Shown here piece by piece: positions 10,674 to 22,383 of a stretch of DNA of 39,726 nucleotides. Both the position numbers and the translations under genes were made by a program. The DNA comes from Rotaria socialis (lineage: Eukaryota), in assembly GCA_905331295.1 (NCBI GenBank), contig CAJNYD010000490.1, positions 1-39,726 of the forward strand, written 5' to 3'. The notes under the pieces are model-generated. The model did no database searches, was not told where the DNA came from, and saw only the letters and a program-made list of their open reading frames with translations. Each line of letters begins with the position of its first letter. Within the stretch, counting starts at the first letter, position 1.

Positions 10674-13111
10674 TTAATTGTATAATTCCAAACCTCCCCA
10701 CAATCAAAAATCGTGATTCATTGAAAAAAGGGGATGATGCAGATATGAATGTCTTATTGTACACCTATCCACACCCACACCTTCAAGATAGAATTGTGTT
10801 TATGAATTAGAGAGCAGCAACTCCGCCATACGTTGCTAAAACAAATCCATGATCACTATTGTGACCAATCGCTAAATTAAAATTGATCTATTTGAATTTC
10901 CGAAGGAAGATAACATTCACATGATGCATGATTAAAACCTTTTTTGCTTTAGCCAATTTTTCAACATTTACTCGGTAGAATAAGATTGGATTGTCCTGTG
11001 AAATCGACTTTTGTAATTGTCGCACACAATCGTACAGAAGAGAAGTAGGTTTCACGTCATGTGGCATTTCATCAGATAAACGTTCAACAACTAATTGATG
11101 TGTATCAAAATCGAATATGAGATGATTTTGACAAGCAGTGGAACGTCCAGTATCAATGTAAGCTTCTACATTATGATAACCTAAACTACATCTTCAAGTT
11201 TTAGCGCTGACCTCATATTTTCCGATGCCATTCGACATAAAGTTGCACCTGAATCTTGCTCGATCTGTTTCAATAAATTTTCACGATAACCTATTATGTC
11301 GTCTCTTGAAAATGTTCTCCATCGGTCCAAATGATAATCATGACCATTGTTATTGGCAACTAAATATTGATCAACAAGCTTTTCTTCTGTATTTTCCAGA
11401 GCATGCTTTCGTTGACGAGTGAGAATCTCTAATTTATCGAATTCATACTGTTGATTATCGATACTCATGTCTGAATCAAATTTTTCATCATCTGAACTAT
11501 GCAGTAATGTGCTTTTTTCCAAATGAAAACGTGATAAAAGATCTTGACGAATAAATTGTGCTTGATGACGATTAGTCATATAAGTGCGATCGACACTATG
11601 ATCTAAATCGATCGTTGGTTGCCGTTTTATTCGATCTTTTTGTTCAACTCCATAAAGGGAACCATAACAATTTCGATTATAAAATACATCAGCTAAAAGT
11701 TTTTCCATTTCTACTTCACATACTTCATGTGTATTTCGATCATACTGCACAATATAACTCGTTGCAGTTCGTGAATGTTCTAATAGAAAAAAAGCATAAA
11801 TGGCAGCAACATGACAACATTAATCAATGTGTTGGTGGAAAAATTCCGAATCGGAGAAAACAAAATAACGTTCGACTACCATATACACCATTGATTGTTG
11901 GAATAAATTTTTGTCGTAATAAGTTTTCTTCAAACTTCTTCACTTCCTCAGCTTCCCAAACAATTTTCAGTAATTGAAAATCAGGAAAAGCAAGTACTAA
12001 ATGTTGAATATCTTGTTTATCTAAATGTTTAAGTATCGAAATCCACATTTCGACTGGTAATTGCTCGATTAATTTCTTTTGTTCATCTTGATTCATAATC
12101 GATTTTTCTGATTTTAATTGAAGTATATGCAGATAACAGTATCGAATCGATAATGAACGTTTCGTAGAATTCTCCGATATTGATTGATTGTACTGACTCG
12201 TTGTAATCAGTATAGATTTTTAATTCCATCTGTTGAGCTTCACGAAAAAGAATTTAAACATCTATGATAATCATCTTGTTCTTCTGGACTTATTGCAAAT
12301 CATAATGGTTTTCTTTTCGTTTAACAACTACATCGGTTCTTAGTACGATTCTTTGTTTGACACCACTAGAATTCCTTATTTCCGGTGCTACACCTTCATG
12401 TAGAAGATTATGTGTAAATAGAACAGCGTGACCTTTCCTTGGCTTTATTGCGACGCATTCCTAGTCATCATCTAGCCCATCATAATCTTCGATTTCTTCT
12501 TTAATTGTTAATCATTTGGGAGAATATTTGGGTAATTGTTTTGGAAAATGAAATTTTTTTTCACCTTCTTCAAAATCATCATTTAAGTAAACGATTCAAC
12601 TAAGTAATGATCGTTGGTCACCACTGGGTGCATATTGTGAATCTTTATGTGATGCAAAATATTCACTTTCGTGATATTTAATCGCATTGCTGTATTGACA
12701 CCACACATTCTCCATGTTCCTTGAACATTGAAACCGAATGGTTTCGTATTCGGAATTAGTTTAGTTATTCGATGACTAAATTTTAAACGCCGCCAAAGTG
12801 TTAGAGCAAATCGGTCATCGAAAATAATCAATCTTGAATTGTTTCGTTTTTGAATATCATATTGTGTATTCATATTTTGGAAATCTTGTTCATTGAGATT
12901 CATGAGAATTCCATCGCATTCATTTATACTCAATAAAGTACTCAATTCGATTAAAATTAAGCCATCCTGTTGTTTTATTTTGTTTTAATTTGACACCATC
13001 CGGTAGTTTTGTTGGTACGTAATAATTTGTCAGTAACGAATGAGTTATACCCAAATCGATATTTCCCAGAAAATAGTTTCGATTCATTGAAATAATACGA
13101 CGATGCCACAT
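10674..13111 (-). pseudogene. 2OG-Fe(II) oxygenase (prolyl-4-hydroxylase-like) + F-box + unknown C-terminal region, disrupted
   Basis: Minus-strand translation across breaks: GVNTAMRLN..EYFASHKDSQY..RSLLS*IVYLNDDFEEGE..IKPRKGHAVLFTHNLLHEG..RIVLRTDVV (HxD...H triad plus distal Arg). Then F-box-like LIEQLPVEMWISILKHLDKQDIQHL (11824-12096 ORF). Frame ends ...GGLELYN* at 10674. At least three in-frame stops between 12460 and 12600, plus frameshifts. No introns evident. Confidence 0.75.
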
Positions 13112-13430
13112 AGGTTATTACTCAACGTTGGTGTAATATAATTGTTCGACAGTAGGATGTGAGAGTGTGAGTCTCATGTATGTGAAAACAATTGAAAACC
13201 AAAGAATTTTTCTTCCAGATGGAGTCATGTGTAAGCATGAGAGAAAAGTGCAAGGTGCAGCTTTAGGAGAATTTTATTTTATTGGTAGAAGTTATATGAG
13301 TCACTTAGAAATTCAGCGAATTAATATTTTGATTATCGTTGGAAAAAAACAAGAGCAACAATGTTTTTTTTACGAGATGTGTATTTTTCGTGGAATTGGC
13401 TAGAATATTATTATTACAAAATCAATTTAT

Positions 13431-15357
13431 ATGGCAACAGTACAGAGGAAATCGCCGTATGAAATACTCGGCGTCTCGAAGGATATCAGCTATTCTAAAT
13501 TAAGAATAATTTATCGCAAGAAAATACATGAACACCTACAAAAGAAAATTTCGGTTACCGATTTTCGTCTTATTTGCCGTGCATACGAAACATTATCTGA
13601 TAGTACGAAACGTAAACTTTATGATAATCGACAAGAATGGACTTTTGAACTACCCATCGATAAATACATTGCACAACAGCTTGCTAGTGAGCCAGCTCTA
13701 ATCGATGGTCTAACAGAACGTCTACGTAATGCTAATTTAGCAGAATTAAATGCTCAAGATCCTATTACAGGTCATACAACTCTTTACTGTGCAGCTCGTG
13801 CTGGTAATATTGAAGCAGTCTTGTTTTTGATTGAACAGGGAGCAGAACCAGATTTATCACAACGTGGAAAACGTACGGCACTACATGCTGCTGCCTATTA
13901 TGGACATGCGGATGTTGTTCGTTGTCTTCTGGAAAATGGAGCTAACTATCGATTGAAAGATGAAATTAATAATACAGCTGAAGACCAAGCATATAATGAT
14001 GATGTAAAAATGGTATTTATTGAACTTAAACAAAGTGCTTACATTCGGGCAGCTGCCAATGAACTCGATTGGTTTTTCAAGAATGGATTAACTGTACATC
14101 AAGATGCAGAATATTTTTCTCATCGTGAAACGTTATTGCATTGTGCTAGTAAAAAAGATTTTTATGAACTTGTCCGTTGGCTCGTCGAGCGATGTGACGC
14201 TAATATGGATCTTGTTGATTTAAATGGCAATACACCTTTACATTTGGCTGCTTACAGTGGTCATATAAAGATTGTTGACTATCTTCTTAATCGTGGTTGC
14301 GATCCAACTGTTAAAAATCGTTGGGGTACAACAGCTGAAGACGAAGGTAATAAATACGGTAATAGTATTACTGGTCTGTTCAAATGTATGCGAGAACGTG
14401 ATATGTTTGGGATGGCACGAACTGGCCCTATGTGGTGGTTTGATTATTATTTTAATAATGATTCAAAAGATCTATGTGATTCTAATGGTGCCAGTTTACT
14501 GTATCATGCATGCCGTTATGGACAATACGCTGTTGTAAAATGGTTATTAGAACATGGTGCTAATGTTAATATTGAAATAAAAAATAAACCAAATCATACT
14601 CCATTAAATGTAGCGAAATTTCGTGGCCATGCTTTAATTGTTGAACTTTTACTTGAACATGGTGCGGATGTGGATATTGAACATGATTTCGGAGCAAGCG
14701 TTTTTGAAGATGAAATATCGAAAGAAGTCCATAGAGATGCATCAGTTAAAACTAGAAATATCTTATTAAAATATCATCACCACTTGATAGATCATAAACC
14801 GATTGATATCTATGTGTATGAAAGTGATGGTGCTGAAGATGAACCAATGTTAAAAACGAAATTGGGACTTTTGTCCACATATCAGGATCTATCAAGAGAA
14901 CTATCTATTGTTTCCGGGAATTTTAAAAATCCTTGCTTCTCTATTGCAGGACGTGCGCTTTCCTTCGAGACAAAAGATACAACTATAATATCNAACAGCT
15001 TTTGGTGTCTCTGATTTTGCTTCTGCCATTTTTCTAAGTCCTAGTGTATACTATAGCGCCGATCCAACATATGCAAAAACATTTTCTTATGGCGATCGAA
15101 TACTCGTACCCGTGCTAGAGTGCAGCGTTAAAAGTCAATGCTATAGTACTAATCGTTGTACGGTACCAACCTATAGAAAACATAAAGGCGATGATATGGA
15201 AACTATTGAATGGCGCGTTAAAGATCCACAAAATATCGAAATTAATGCAATATTATTCATTACCAAGATCAACTCAATTGATGCAGCAAAAATGGAACGA
15301 ATTATCAAGGCATTTATCTTGCTCAAAATGAGAGAAGGGCGAACTGTATTGGAATAA
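13431..15357 (+). CDS. J-like (DnaJ, HPD-less) domain + six ankyrin repeats + C-terminal PARP-like/NEURL4-type ADP-ribosyltransferase-like domain; interrupted by an assembly N at 14993
   Basis: N-terminus SPYEILGVSKD..YRKK..FRLICRAYETLSDSTKRKLYD is J-domain-like. Ankyrins GHTTLYCAA, KRTALHAAA, RETLLHCAS, GNTPLHLAA, GASLLYHAC, NHTPLNVAK. After the N, an open frame 14995-15357 reads AIFLSPSVYYSADPTYAK..VPVLECSVK..DDMETIEWRV..IEINAILF, resembling the C-terminal ART-like domain of NEURL4. Joining the two halves is inferred. Confidence 0.75.
14993..14993. other. Single N, probably a scaffold gap of unknown size
   Basis: Only ambiguous base seen. The reading frame and domain content jump across it, and the first (His-containing) strand of the ART domain is missing. 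Confidence 0.75.
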
Positions 15358-15595
15358 TTTTCGATAGAGACTCTAACTAGTGGACATTTTCGTTATACCC
15401 TCACGCCCATACCCTTACGTTTTTGAAACTTTGGCATTGCCTGCAACTGTATATTAAAAAAATCACATCAATACTTATATCTTTACTATTTTTATTTCTT
15501 TGATGGTCGTTATAGTTACAATAAAATATTGACTTTTTAAAATAGATGTAAAACTGCAGAGCAAAAAATCAGTCCTTTCTGATTCACAGTATGCC

Positions 15596-15995
15596 TCAAC
15601 AATGCCATTGGCAATCAATGATCCACCCTAGATATGAACAAGCACGATTCGCCCAATGATTACAATTCTTATTCGATGAATACTTCAAGTTATCATGTGT
15701 TGCTTTGCAAAAAGCTTCGTAAACTTTTGAAAGTTTATAGCGTCCTAAACTGAGACATTGTTGACCATAGATACGTTTTATTGCATAATGTGAAAAAATG
15801 CCTTCACCATTGATTGCTGTCCACTCAAAGCATACTCGTTTATTAGGATGGCATCCGTCCATAACAAGAAAATGACGTGCACCATGTCCAAGTATTGAAG
15901 CAACGCGTAATGATCAAATTTTTAATTCACCTTCTTCATTATATGCTTCTATTTGCATTCTTTGATGAAACGATGTCTACAAATTCATTGTTCAT
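15596..15995 (-). pseudogene. Small permuted papain-like (PPPDE/DeSI/LRAT-type) peptidase, 5' part frameshifted
   Basis: GHGARHFLVMDG...KYSSNKNCNHWANRACSYLG: an N-terminal His and a C-terminal Y-x5-NCNH(W/F) motif typical of permuted NlpC/P60 enzymes. The upstream ATG at 15995 (MNNEFVDIV) is out of frame with the 15596-15862 ORF. Confidence 0.5.
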
Positions 15996-16020
15996 TTTAG
16001 AGTATACGAGTAAAGAATTC

Positions 16021-18758
16021 TTAAAAAATAGAGCGAAGCACAGAAAAATTCTCTACAAAATAGTGTTTTTCTGAAAACGTAAAAATAGATAACAATAATG
16101 TCAACGGATGAAAATGTGCTTGTTTTCTTAGGCGAATACTGTATGTTAAAAACTTTTGTGCGTTTTTCAACTTTTCATTAATGATTTCAGTTTTATGTTC
16201 GAGAGTCATAATTTGAACTTCTTCATACAAATCCAATGCTTTTAATAAGTATTCCTTGGCCAAATCGTATTGATGTATTTTAACGTAAAAATCAGATAAA
16301 TTGATATGACCAACACCACATTGATATTTCTTACGATCAATTTGTTGTTGATTACCGTTTCTAGTATCGGGTGTTGACTGTTTTACTATGTATTCATGAT
16401 GCGTTAATTGATGTTTAAGTTCTAATTGATAATTGTGTTTATGTTCAAAACAGATATTTGCTATTTCTTCAATTAAACTGGAAAATTGATCATGATGGGA
16501 TTCTAATTCTTGTTGATATTTCATCAATGCTTTTTGATAATTGTCTAATGCTTCATCATATTTAGAAATCGATTGATAAAAATCACGAAGACGATAGTAA
16601 CTAGATACTATTTGTCGTTTTGTTTTCTGCAGCAGTATAATCATGATCAGTTGATGATGGGGCTGCACTTTTCACTGTATATTCATACTTTAATAATTGA
16701 TATTTCAGTTCAGTATGATAATTATTTTTATGTACAGCACAAAGTTCAAGTAGTTTGTTAACTATATTATAAAAATAACTTGAAATTTCATTAACTAATT
16801 CAAAATGAATGCGTAGAGCTTTATCATAATTAATAAATGCATTATCATAGTCCTTAATCGATTCGTAAACTTTTGCTAGACTTTCGAATCATTCAGCAGT
16901 CTTAAAATCTGAAAATTCATAACATTTTAGCATATATTGTATACATATTTATGCATATTTAATTGTCATTGCAATGTGTGACTTGTTACTATTATTATGA
17001 TTCTTAGATTCAAAGTTTACTACACACTCCATTTTTGAATAAAAAATATCACTTAACATCTGATAAATATTCGTTTGCGCATAAATTCTCTTTTTTGAAA
17101 TTTCCTTCTCTAAAGCTAAGTTTAAATGATTAATTGCCATATCATAATGTCTCAAACAGCTTTCAGACTCTTTGATAAAACTTACATAATAATAAACCAT
17201 ATTCTTGTATACTTTTGAGATATCAATATTGGCATTTAAATCTGAATCATTTTTATATTTCTTCCAGCTTTTTAATGCTTTGTCTTAGTATGATAATACT
17301 AAAGAAACATTACGTCCTTCCCAATCTATATTACAGTTTGCTAATGAATGATATTGAGCAGCTAAGATCCATTGTTCATACGTTGGATATACTCCTATCA
17401 GTCCATCAAATATGAAACTTATACTATCAGTTGACGACATAACACAAAAATCCCAATCGGTGCATATATTCAAACAATTACTTATAGTAAATTTTGCAGG
17501 AGTTATTTCAAATTCTCTCGAATCATGCTGATCATAATCATTGCGTAATTCTAATGAAACAATCCAAAGATCTTCATCTTGATTGTACTTGACTTCTTCT
17601 TTTCTAAATTCTGTTCCAATTGTAAATAAAATTTCTGATTCATGTGGAAAATAACTTAAATGAGTTATATCGGCAAAATAACGACATGGTAGACGAATAT
17701 CAGCTAGAATTTCAAAGAGAACACGTTATAGATTTCCTTTAATTTTAGATGGTTAAAGAAGAAATGATGATGCTAAAGAACGTTGACGAGATGTTGAAAA
17801 AAAACAATTGTTTCGAAGGCAACCACCACTGCCAGAAGTAAATTTTTCGATTTCATCTTTTGACATTAATTGTCCACGGTACAAACTTATAATAGGTGTT
17901 TTCAAATTTAATAATTTCAAATTTTCATATTCAAATTTGACTTGTTGAGATAAGTCTTGTATAAAAAAAACGAATAAAAACATAAGTTCGATATTTTGTT
18001 GTCGAAAAGCTTTGTTCATTATACGATAGAGAAACGTTTCTCGTGTATACCAAGGAATGGCATTTGAAGATTTGTAAGTAGATGAAAATACATCCAGAAT
18101 TTTCATTTCTTCTTCTTTATCATTATAATCATTTTTAAGAAATTAATTAATTTAGATTGATAATCTTCTGGATATGGTAAAAAGACAAGGATATCAATAA
18201 AAGCTTCCCATCGAGAAAGCGCAGATTCAGATGTTGTTGCCTCTTTTTGTTCTCTACGTAATAGATTTGTGTTTTCATGTTGTTTATACTCTTGAACAGC
18301 AGGTGTAAGATCATTTAATAAATGTTCAAGTGAATTGTGAACTTGTCTTACATATTTAAAATATGTATTGAAGTATAATTAAAACATAATATAATGCTTA
18401 CTCTTGAATATTTTGAAGCCCACTTTTGATGATACTCTTGATTCTGACAATAAATATAAATTGCATAGATAGTATCAAGATGATGAACTTTTGACGCGAA
18501 ATTCTCTCCCATTTGTCCAGAGCAAATTTTAAATGTAACTGTAGTATCAGTTTGGTTTATGTAAACCAACCATTCATCCATATTATCAAAGACTTTTGTA
18601 TGGTCAACAATTTTTCGTAAATTCTCTAACGTAGTTTTATCCTTTTTCACATTTACATCTTGCCAAATTAACTGATGTGATTCAAGATTAGCTAGTTCTC
18701 GATTGAATAAATGACTATATCGAGAAATATCTTCCGTAGATATCTTTGACCGTGCCAT
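16021..18758 (-). pseudogene. R-S-E type (ARTC-like) ADP-ribosyltransferase + TPR repeat protein with N-terminal receiver-like domain, disrupted
   Basis: ATG 18758 (MARSK), intron 18347-18401. Then WYTRETFLYRIMNKAFR, LYRGQ, FFSTS, VLFEI, FADITHLSYFPHESEILF (R-STS-ExE), followed by TPR-like helices (YDEALDNYQKAL, YDLAKEYLLKALDLYE). Frameshift near 18135 and in-frame TAA at ~17753 and ~17726. 3' end approximate. Confidence 0.8.
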
Positions 18759-19453
18759 TATGCTTTTTTTCAATCGACAACTCAATTTGACCTTACAAAG
18801 AGAAGAAGAATCGTTAAAGCTTTCTGGAGAATGCAGTATATGTTATTGTAAAAGCCGGAGAGAAAAATTTTATTAATCATAAATAATAACACACCGTAGC
18901 GTCCATCAAATGAAAACAGCAAGAAGCCATTATTTTCTTTTACTTCAACAATTTATACTCTCGCTGAATTCTTTTTCGATGATGATGTTTATGTAAAGAG
19001 AGAAATGTTACGTGCTATTGCTTTTAGGACACAAAATTTTAGCAATATAGGAGCATCGTGCTGTCAAGATATTGCAGTAACTTGTTTGTTGTAACTCGTA
19101 AGTTCAAGAAAAACCATATTCTATTTGTAAGCGAGGAACGAGATGTTAGATAATTAATAAGAAAAATATTTCTTTACAAGTAAAGATGCCGTGAGTGTAA
19201 GAGTGAACATATACAAACAAAAAAGAGTTTCAGGTAAAGTAAAACACGAGTTTCGACTATTGCTCAGTTAGTATTCGCCAGGTATGTTTTAGAATTAGGA
19301 TGAAGGTCGAGATACCAAAATTAATCGATTTTTTTTCTTGCATAATTGAAAAATGTGGATGTTTTCATTTTGCAAACATTATAAACGAGTCTATTTCAAT
19401 AGACAACAGGGGTAATTGGTAATAAAGAACATGTTATTTTGTTCGTCTCATTG

Positions 19454-20050
19454 AGGGATGGACGGCGTCAGTGAGAACACCGAAAAAACCGTCAATTTTG
19501 TCACCGAGAGTGACGCTCAGTGCGCACTGATGGGTTCAGCGCCACTGATCACTGAAATATTGATTGCAGTTACACCGACGTCACTGATGCACTGATACCA
19601 TCAGTGTCACTGGTAAGCCAGGCACACTGACTTCACTGATATCTTTTAATTAATTGTTACATAATACTGCAAGACATGTGCTTTAGACAAACAAACGTTA
19701 GTCATAAACCAGATGCACGGTTTTTGTCGACGATTTTCACTTAGAACTTATTTATCTAATTCTTCGCGAAGATATATTCATTTTCTTCACGTTTCTAAAA
19801 CTCGAACCATTAATTTTTCTGAAAAATATATGAATCTAGCTTATGATCATTCTTTATTTATTTAAAGCACACGTCTTGCAGTATTGTGTAACAATTAATT
19901 AAGAGATGTCAGTGAAGTCAGTGCGCCTGACGTACCAGTGACGCCGATGGTATCAGTACATCAGTGACATTGGTGCCAGTGTGATCAATATTCCAATGAT
20001 CAGTGGCGCTGAACCCATCAGTGCACACTGAGCGTCACCGTCGGCGCCTA
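19454..20050. mobile_element. Fold-back element with ~194-bp inverted arms
   Basis: 19502-19695 is the reverse complement, with scattered mismatches, of 19853-20046, around a 157-nt spacer. Arms are rich in CACTGA/TCAGTG subrepeats. Outer boundaries approximate. Confidence 0.85.
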
Positions 20051-20198
20051 TCGGTATTTAGTAAATGCACACCGCGCATGCCTAGTTTCATTATTTTCCC
20101 AATAAGGAGGCAAACACACTACGGGAATTAAGGCTGACATAACCAATCGAATTGTAAAATAAGTTAAAGCTCACATAGATCATCTTTTTTTATATGAG

Positions 20199-20256
20199 GG
20201 GTATGGGTGTGAGTGTATTGTGATATTGACTTAGACCGATACCCACACCCATACCC
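20199..20256. repeat. Short hairpin of telomere-like GGGT(A/G)T repeats
   Basis: GGGTATGGGTGTGAGT (20199-20214) pairs 15/16 with ACCCACACCCATACCC (20241-20256). Confidence 0.7.
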
Positions 20257-20548
20257 GCACACTTAATAATAATTTTGAAAACCTTAGCTTTGTGCTGCAA
20301 GAAGTTATTATTTCAGAATAGAGATGGAATATGGTTTGTGTTTTTTCAAGCCAAACCAAAACCGAACCGAAATTTAACTATTGATGTCGTGTGAGAATGT
20401 GTGAAAACGAGATGAACTTTTGAAATATCCTGTGTGTAGAAAAGAATTTACTATCGTCCTTATGAGCAGCAAACAAAATGATTCAAGAAGTGCCGTTAAA
20501 ATTTCTTGCTTCCCGAAATAAAACTACGTGAGATTTATGATTAATATA

Positions 20549-20858
20549 CCCCGGTCAAAGAAAATGATCTGTAAACGGTGGTATCCGATAAAAATACGGC
20601 CCGTTTTACGTGCCGTATTTCTTCCGTATAATACGGGCAGTAATACGGTCGTATGTTTTATATAATACGATTATATTACGCCGACTTTACGAGGTTTCAC
20701 GGCTGATACACGACGTCCGTGTATGAACGTAATACTGCCCGTATTAAAACGTCATAATACATCCTAATACCGCCGTTTTACGGTGGAATAAGATGCAAAA
20801 AACACTGTTTATGGTAATGTTACGGCGGTTTACGGTGGTCCATTTTGATTGACCTGGG
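20549..20858. mobile_element. 310-bp MITE with CCC...GGG ends and TA target duplication
   Basis: ta|CCCCGGTCAAAGAAAATG ... CATTTTGATTGACCTGGG|ta. The interior is packed with TACGG/CCGTA subrepeats. Confidence 0.8.
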
Positions 20859-21459
20859 TAGTCCTGATAATACAAACTAAGCAACTAGATCGGAACAGAA
20901 ACTAAAATAATTAGTTTCGTATGTATCTACTATCGATCAAGAAAATGTGTAAAACAACAACTTTTGAAGATTTATTTGATATGTGATAGGAATAAATTGC
21001 AACGCACGTTTCTCTACTCAGAGACTGGCAACCAATAAAATGGTTCCACACTCCAAAAAGAATGTCTTCCTTTTAAACGATATTACTTCTATATCATCTG
21101 TCGCTCTCTAGAAATAAACAAGGATAATATCGCTTATGATTGTTGTCATCTTCGTTCTGAATAGATATTATATATTCAGCAAGACGAAGTTTTTCCCGCG
21201 TGCAGTAATTCATTACTGATATTGATAATAAAAAATTGGTTTCATATCGATCAAAATAGCAAAATGTACAGAGAGTTTTGCTAGGACGTCAGAATTCTGC
21301 TTTCTCTCATTATTTTGCAAAGTATATTGAAATCAATAAATGACTACACAAATAAAAACATTTCATTCGATCATCATGTTGAATAATATTGTTCATCTAC
21401 GTAAAGAATGATTTAGACGAATATTCATATTTAGTTTTTCGATCGTATCAATTGATCGC

Positions 21460-22383
21460 TCAATCTAATGTTTTCTCGCCACTGTCTACTCGTTGAAGAA
21501 ACTTGATGAGCCCAGAGAAATAATATTGTTGATCATCCCACATACAACAATGACTACCATTTGGACAAATCAAGTTCGATCCATTTTGTACTTGTGTTGC
21601 CATCCATTTCACATGTTCTAGATCCATTGTATCATATATTGCGCCAATCATTAGTGTTGGTACTGTTATTTTTGACAAATCATCTTTCCTAGTCCAATCT
21701 TTAATTCTTCCCGATACTCCAAATTCTGAAGAGCCTTGCATCAACCTATAAATTTCACTATTAAAATGTTGCACCGCACGATTTAACACGTCAGGCCAAG
21801 GATCCAATCGGCACAAGTGTTTCATATAAAAGTTCGGCATCAATAGTTCCACATATTTGGGATTGTTATAATCATTCTTCGATTCTATTTCTCTAATCGA
21901 TGCCAATATGTCGGGATCCATTTGTTTTGCGAGAACATTTTGAGCATATTTGTCGTAATCTACGCAACTACTCATCATATTACTGATGATCAAACCCTTC
22001 AGATTATGTTGATATAATAATGCATATTCAATCGCCAATAGACCGCCCCAACTGTGACCAAGCAGATAAAAACTGTCGTGATTGAGTCCAAGTGCTTTTC
22101 TGACTTGTTCAACTTCATCGACAAAACGTTCGATTGTCCAAAGATTAGTGTCAGTCGGTTGGTCGCTCAAGAAGGAACCAAGTTGATTATAATAATAAAA
22201 TTCAATTCCTTCTTCGAGAAAAAACTTTTCGAAGCATTCAAAAAATTCGCATGTACCAGCTGGACCACCGTGTAACAGCAATAATTTTATTCTCGGATTG
22301 TCTCCAAAGCGTTTTGTCCAAACATTGAATTTTCCAATGGGAGTTTCAATTGGTATCATGGTCCCATCCTGATTAGTCATCAT
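21460..22383 (-). CDS. pip: Proline iminopeptidase-family alpha/beta hydrolase (peptidase S33), bacterial type, intact and intronless, 307 aa
   Basis: LLLHGGPAG, YYYNQLGSFLSDQP, LWTIERFVDEVEQVRKALGL, nucleophile elbow LLGHSWGG, acid residue in YDTM, His in PNGSH. First ATG at 22383; the ORF track starts at an upstream GTG. Confidence 0.9.
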   Translation of the reverse strand: MMTNQDGTMIPIETPIGKFNVWTKRFGDNPRIKLLLLHGGPAGTCEFFECFEKFFLEEGIEFYYYNQLGSFLSDQPTDTNLWTIERFVDEVEQVRKALGLNHDSFYLLGHSWGGLLAIEYALLYQHNLKGLIISNMMSSCVDYDKYAQNVLAKQMDPDILASIREIESKNDYNNPKYVELLMPNFYMKHLCRLDPWPDVLNRAVQHFNSEIYRLMQGSSEFGVSGRIKDWTRKDDLSKITVPTLMIGAIYDTMDLEHVKWMATQVQNGSNLICPNGSHCCMWDDQQYYFSGLIKFLQRVDSGEKTLD

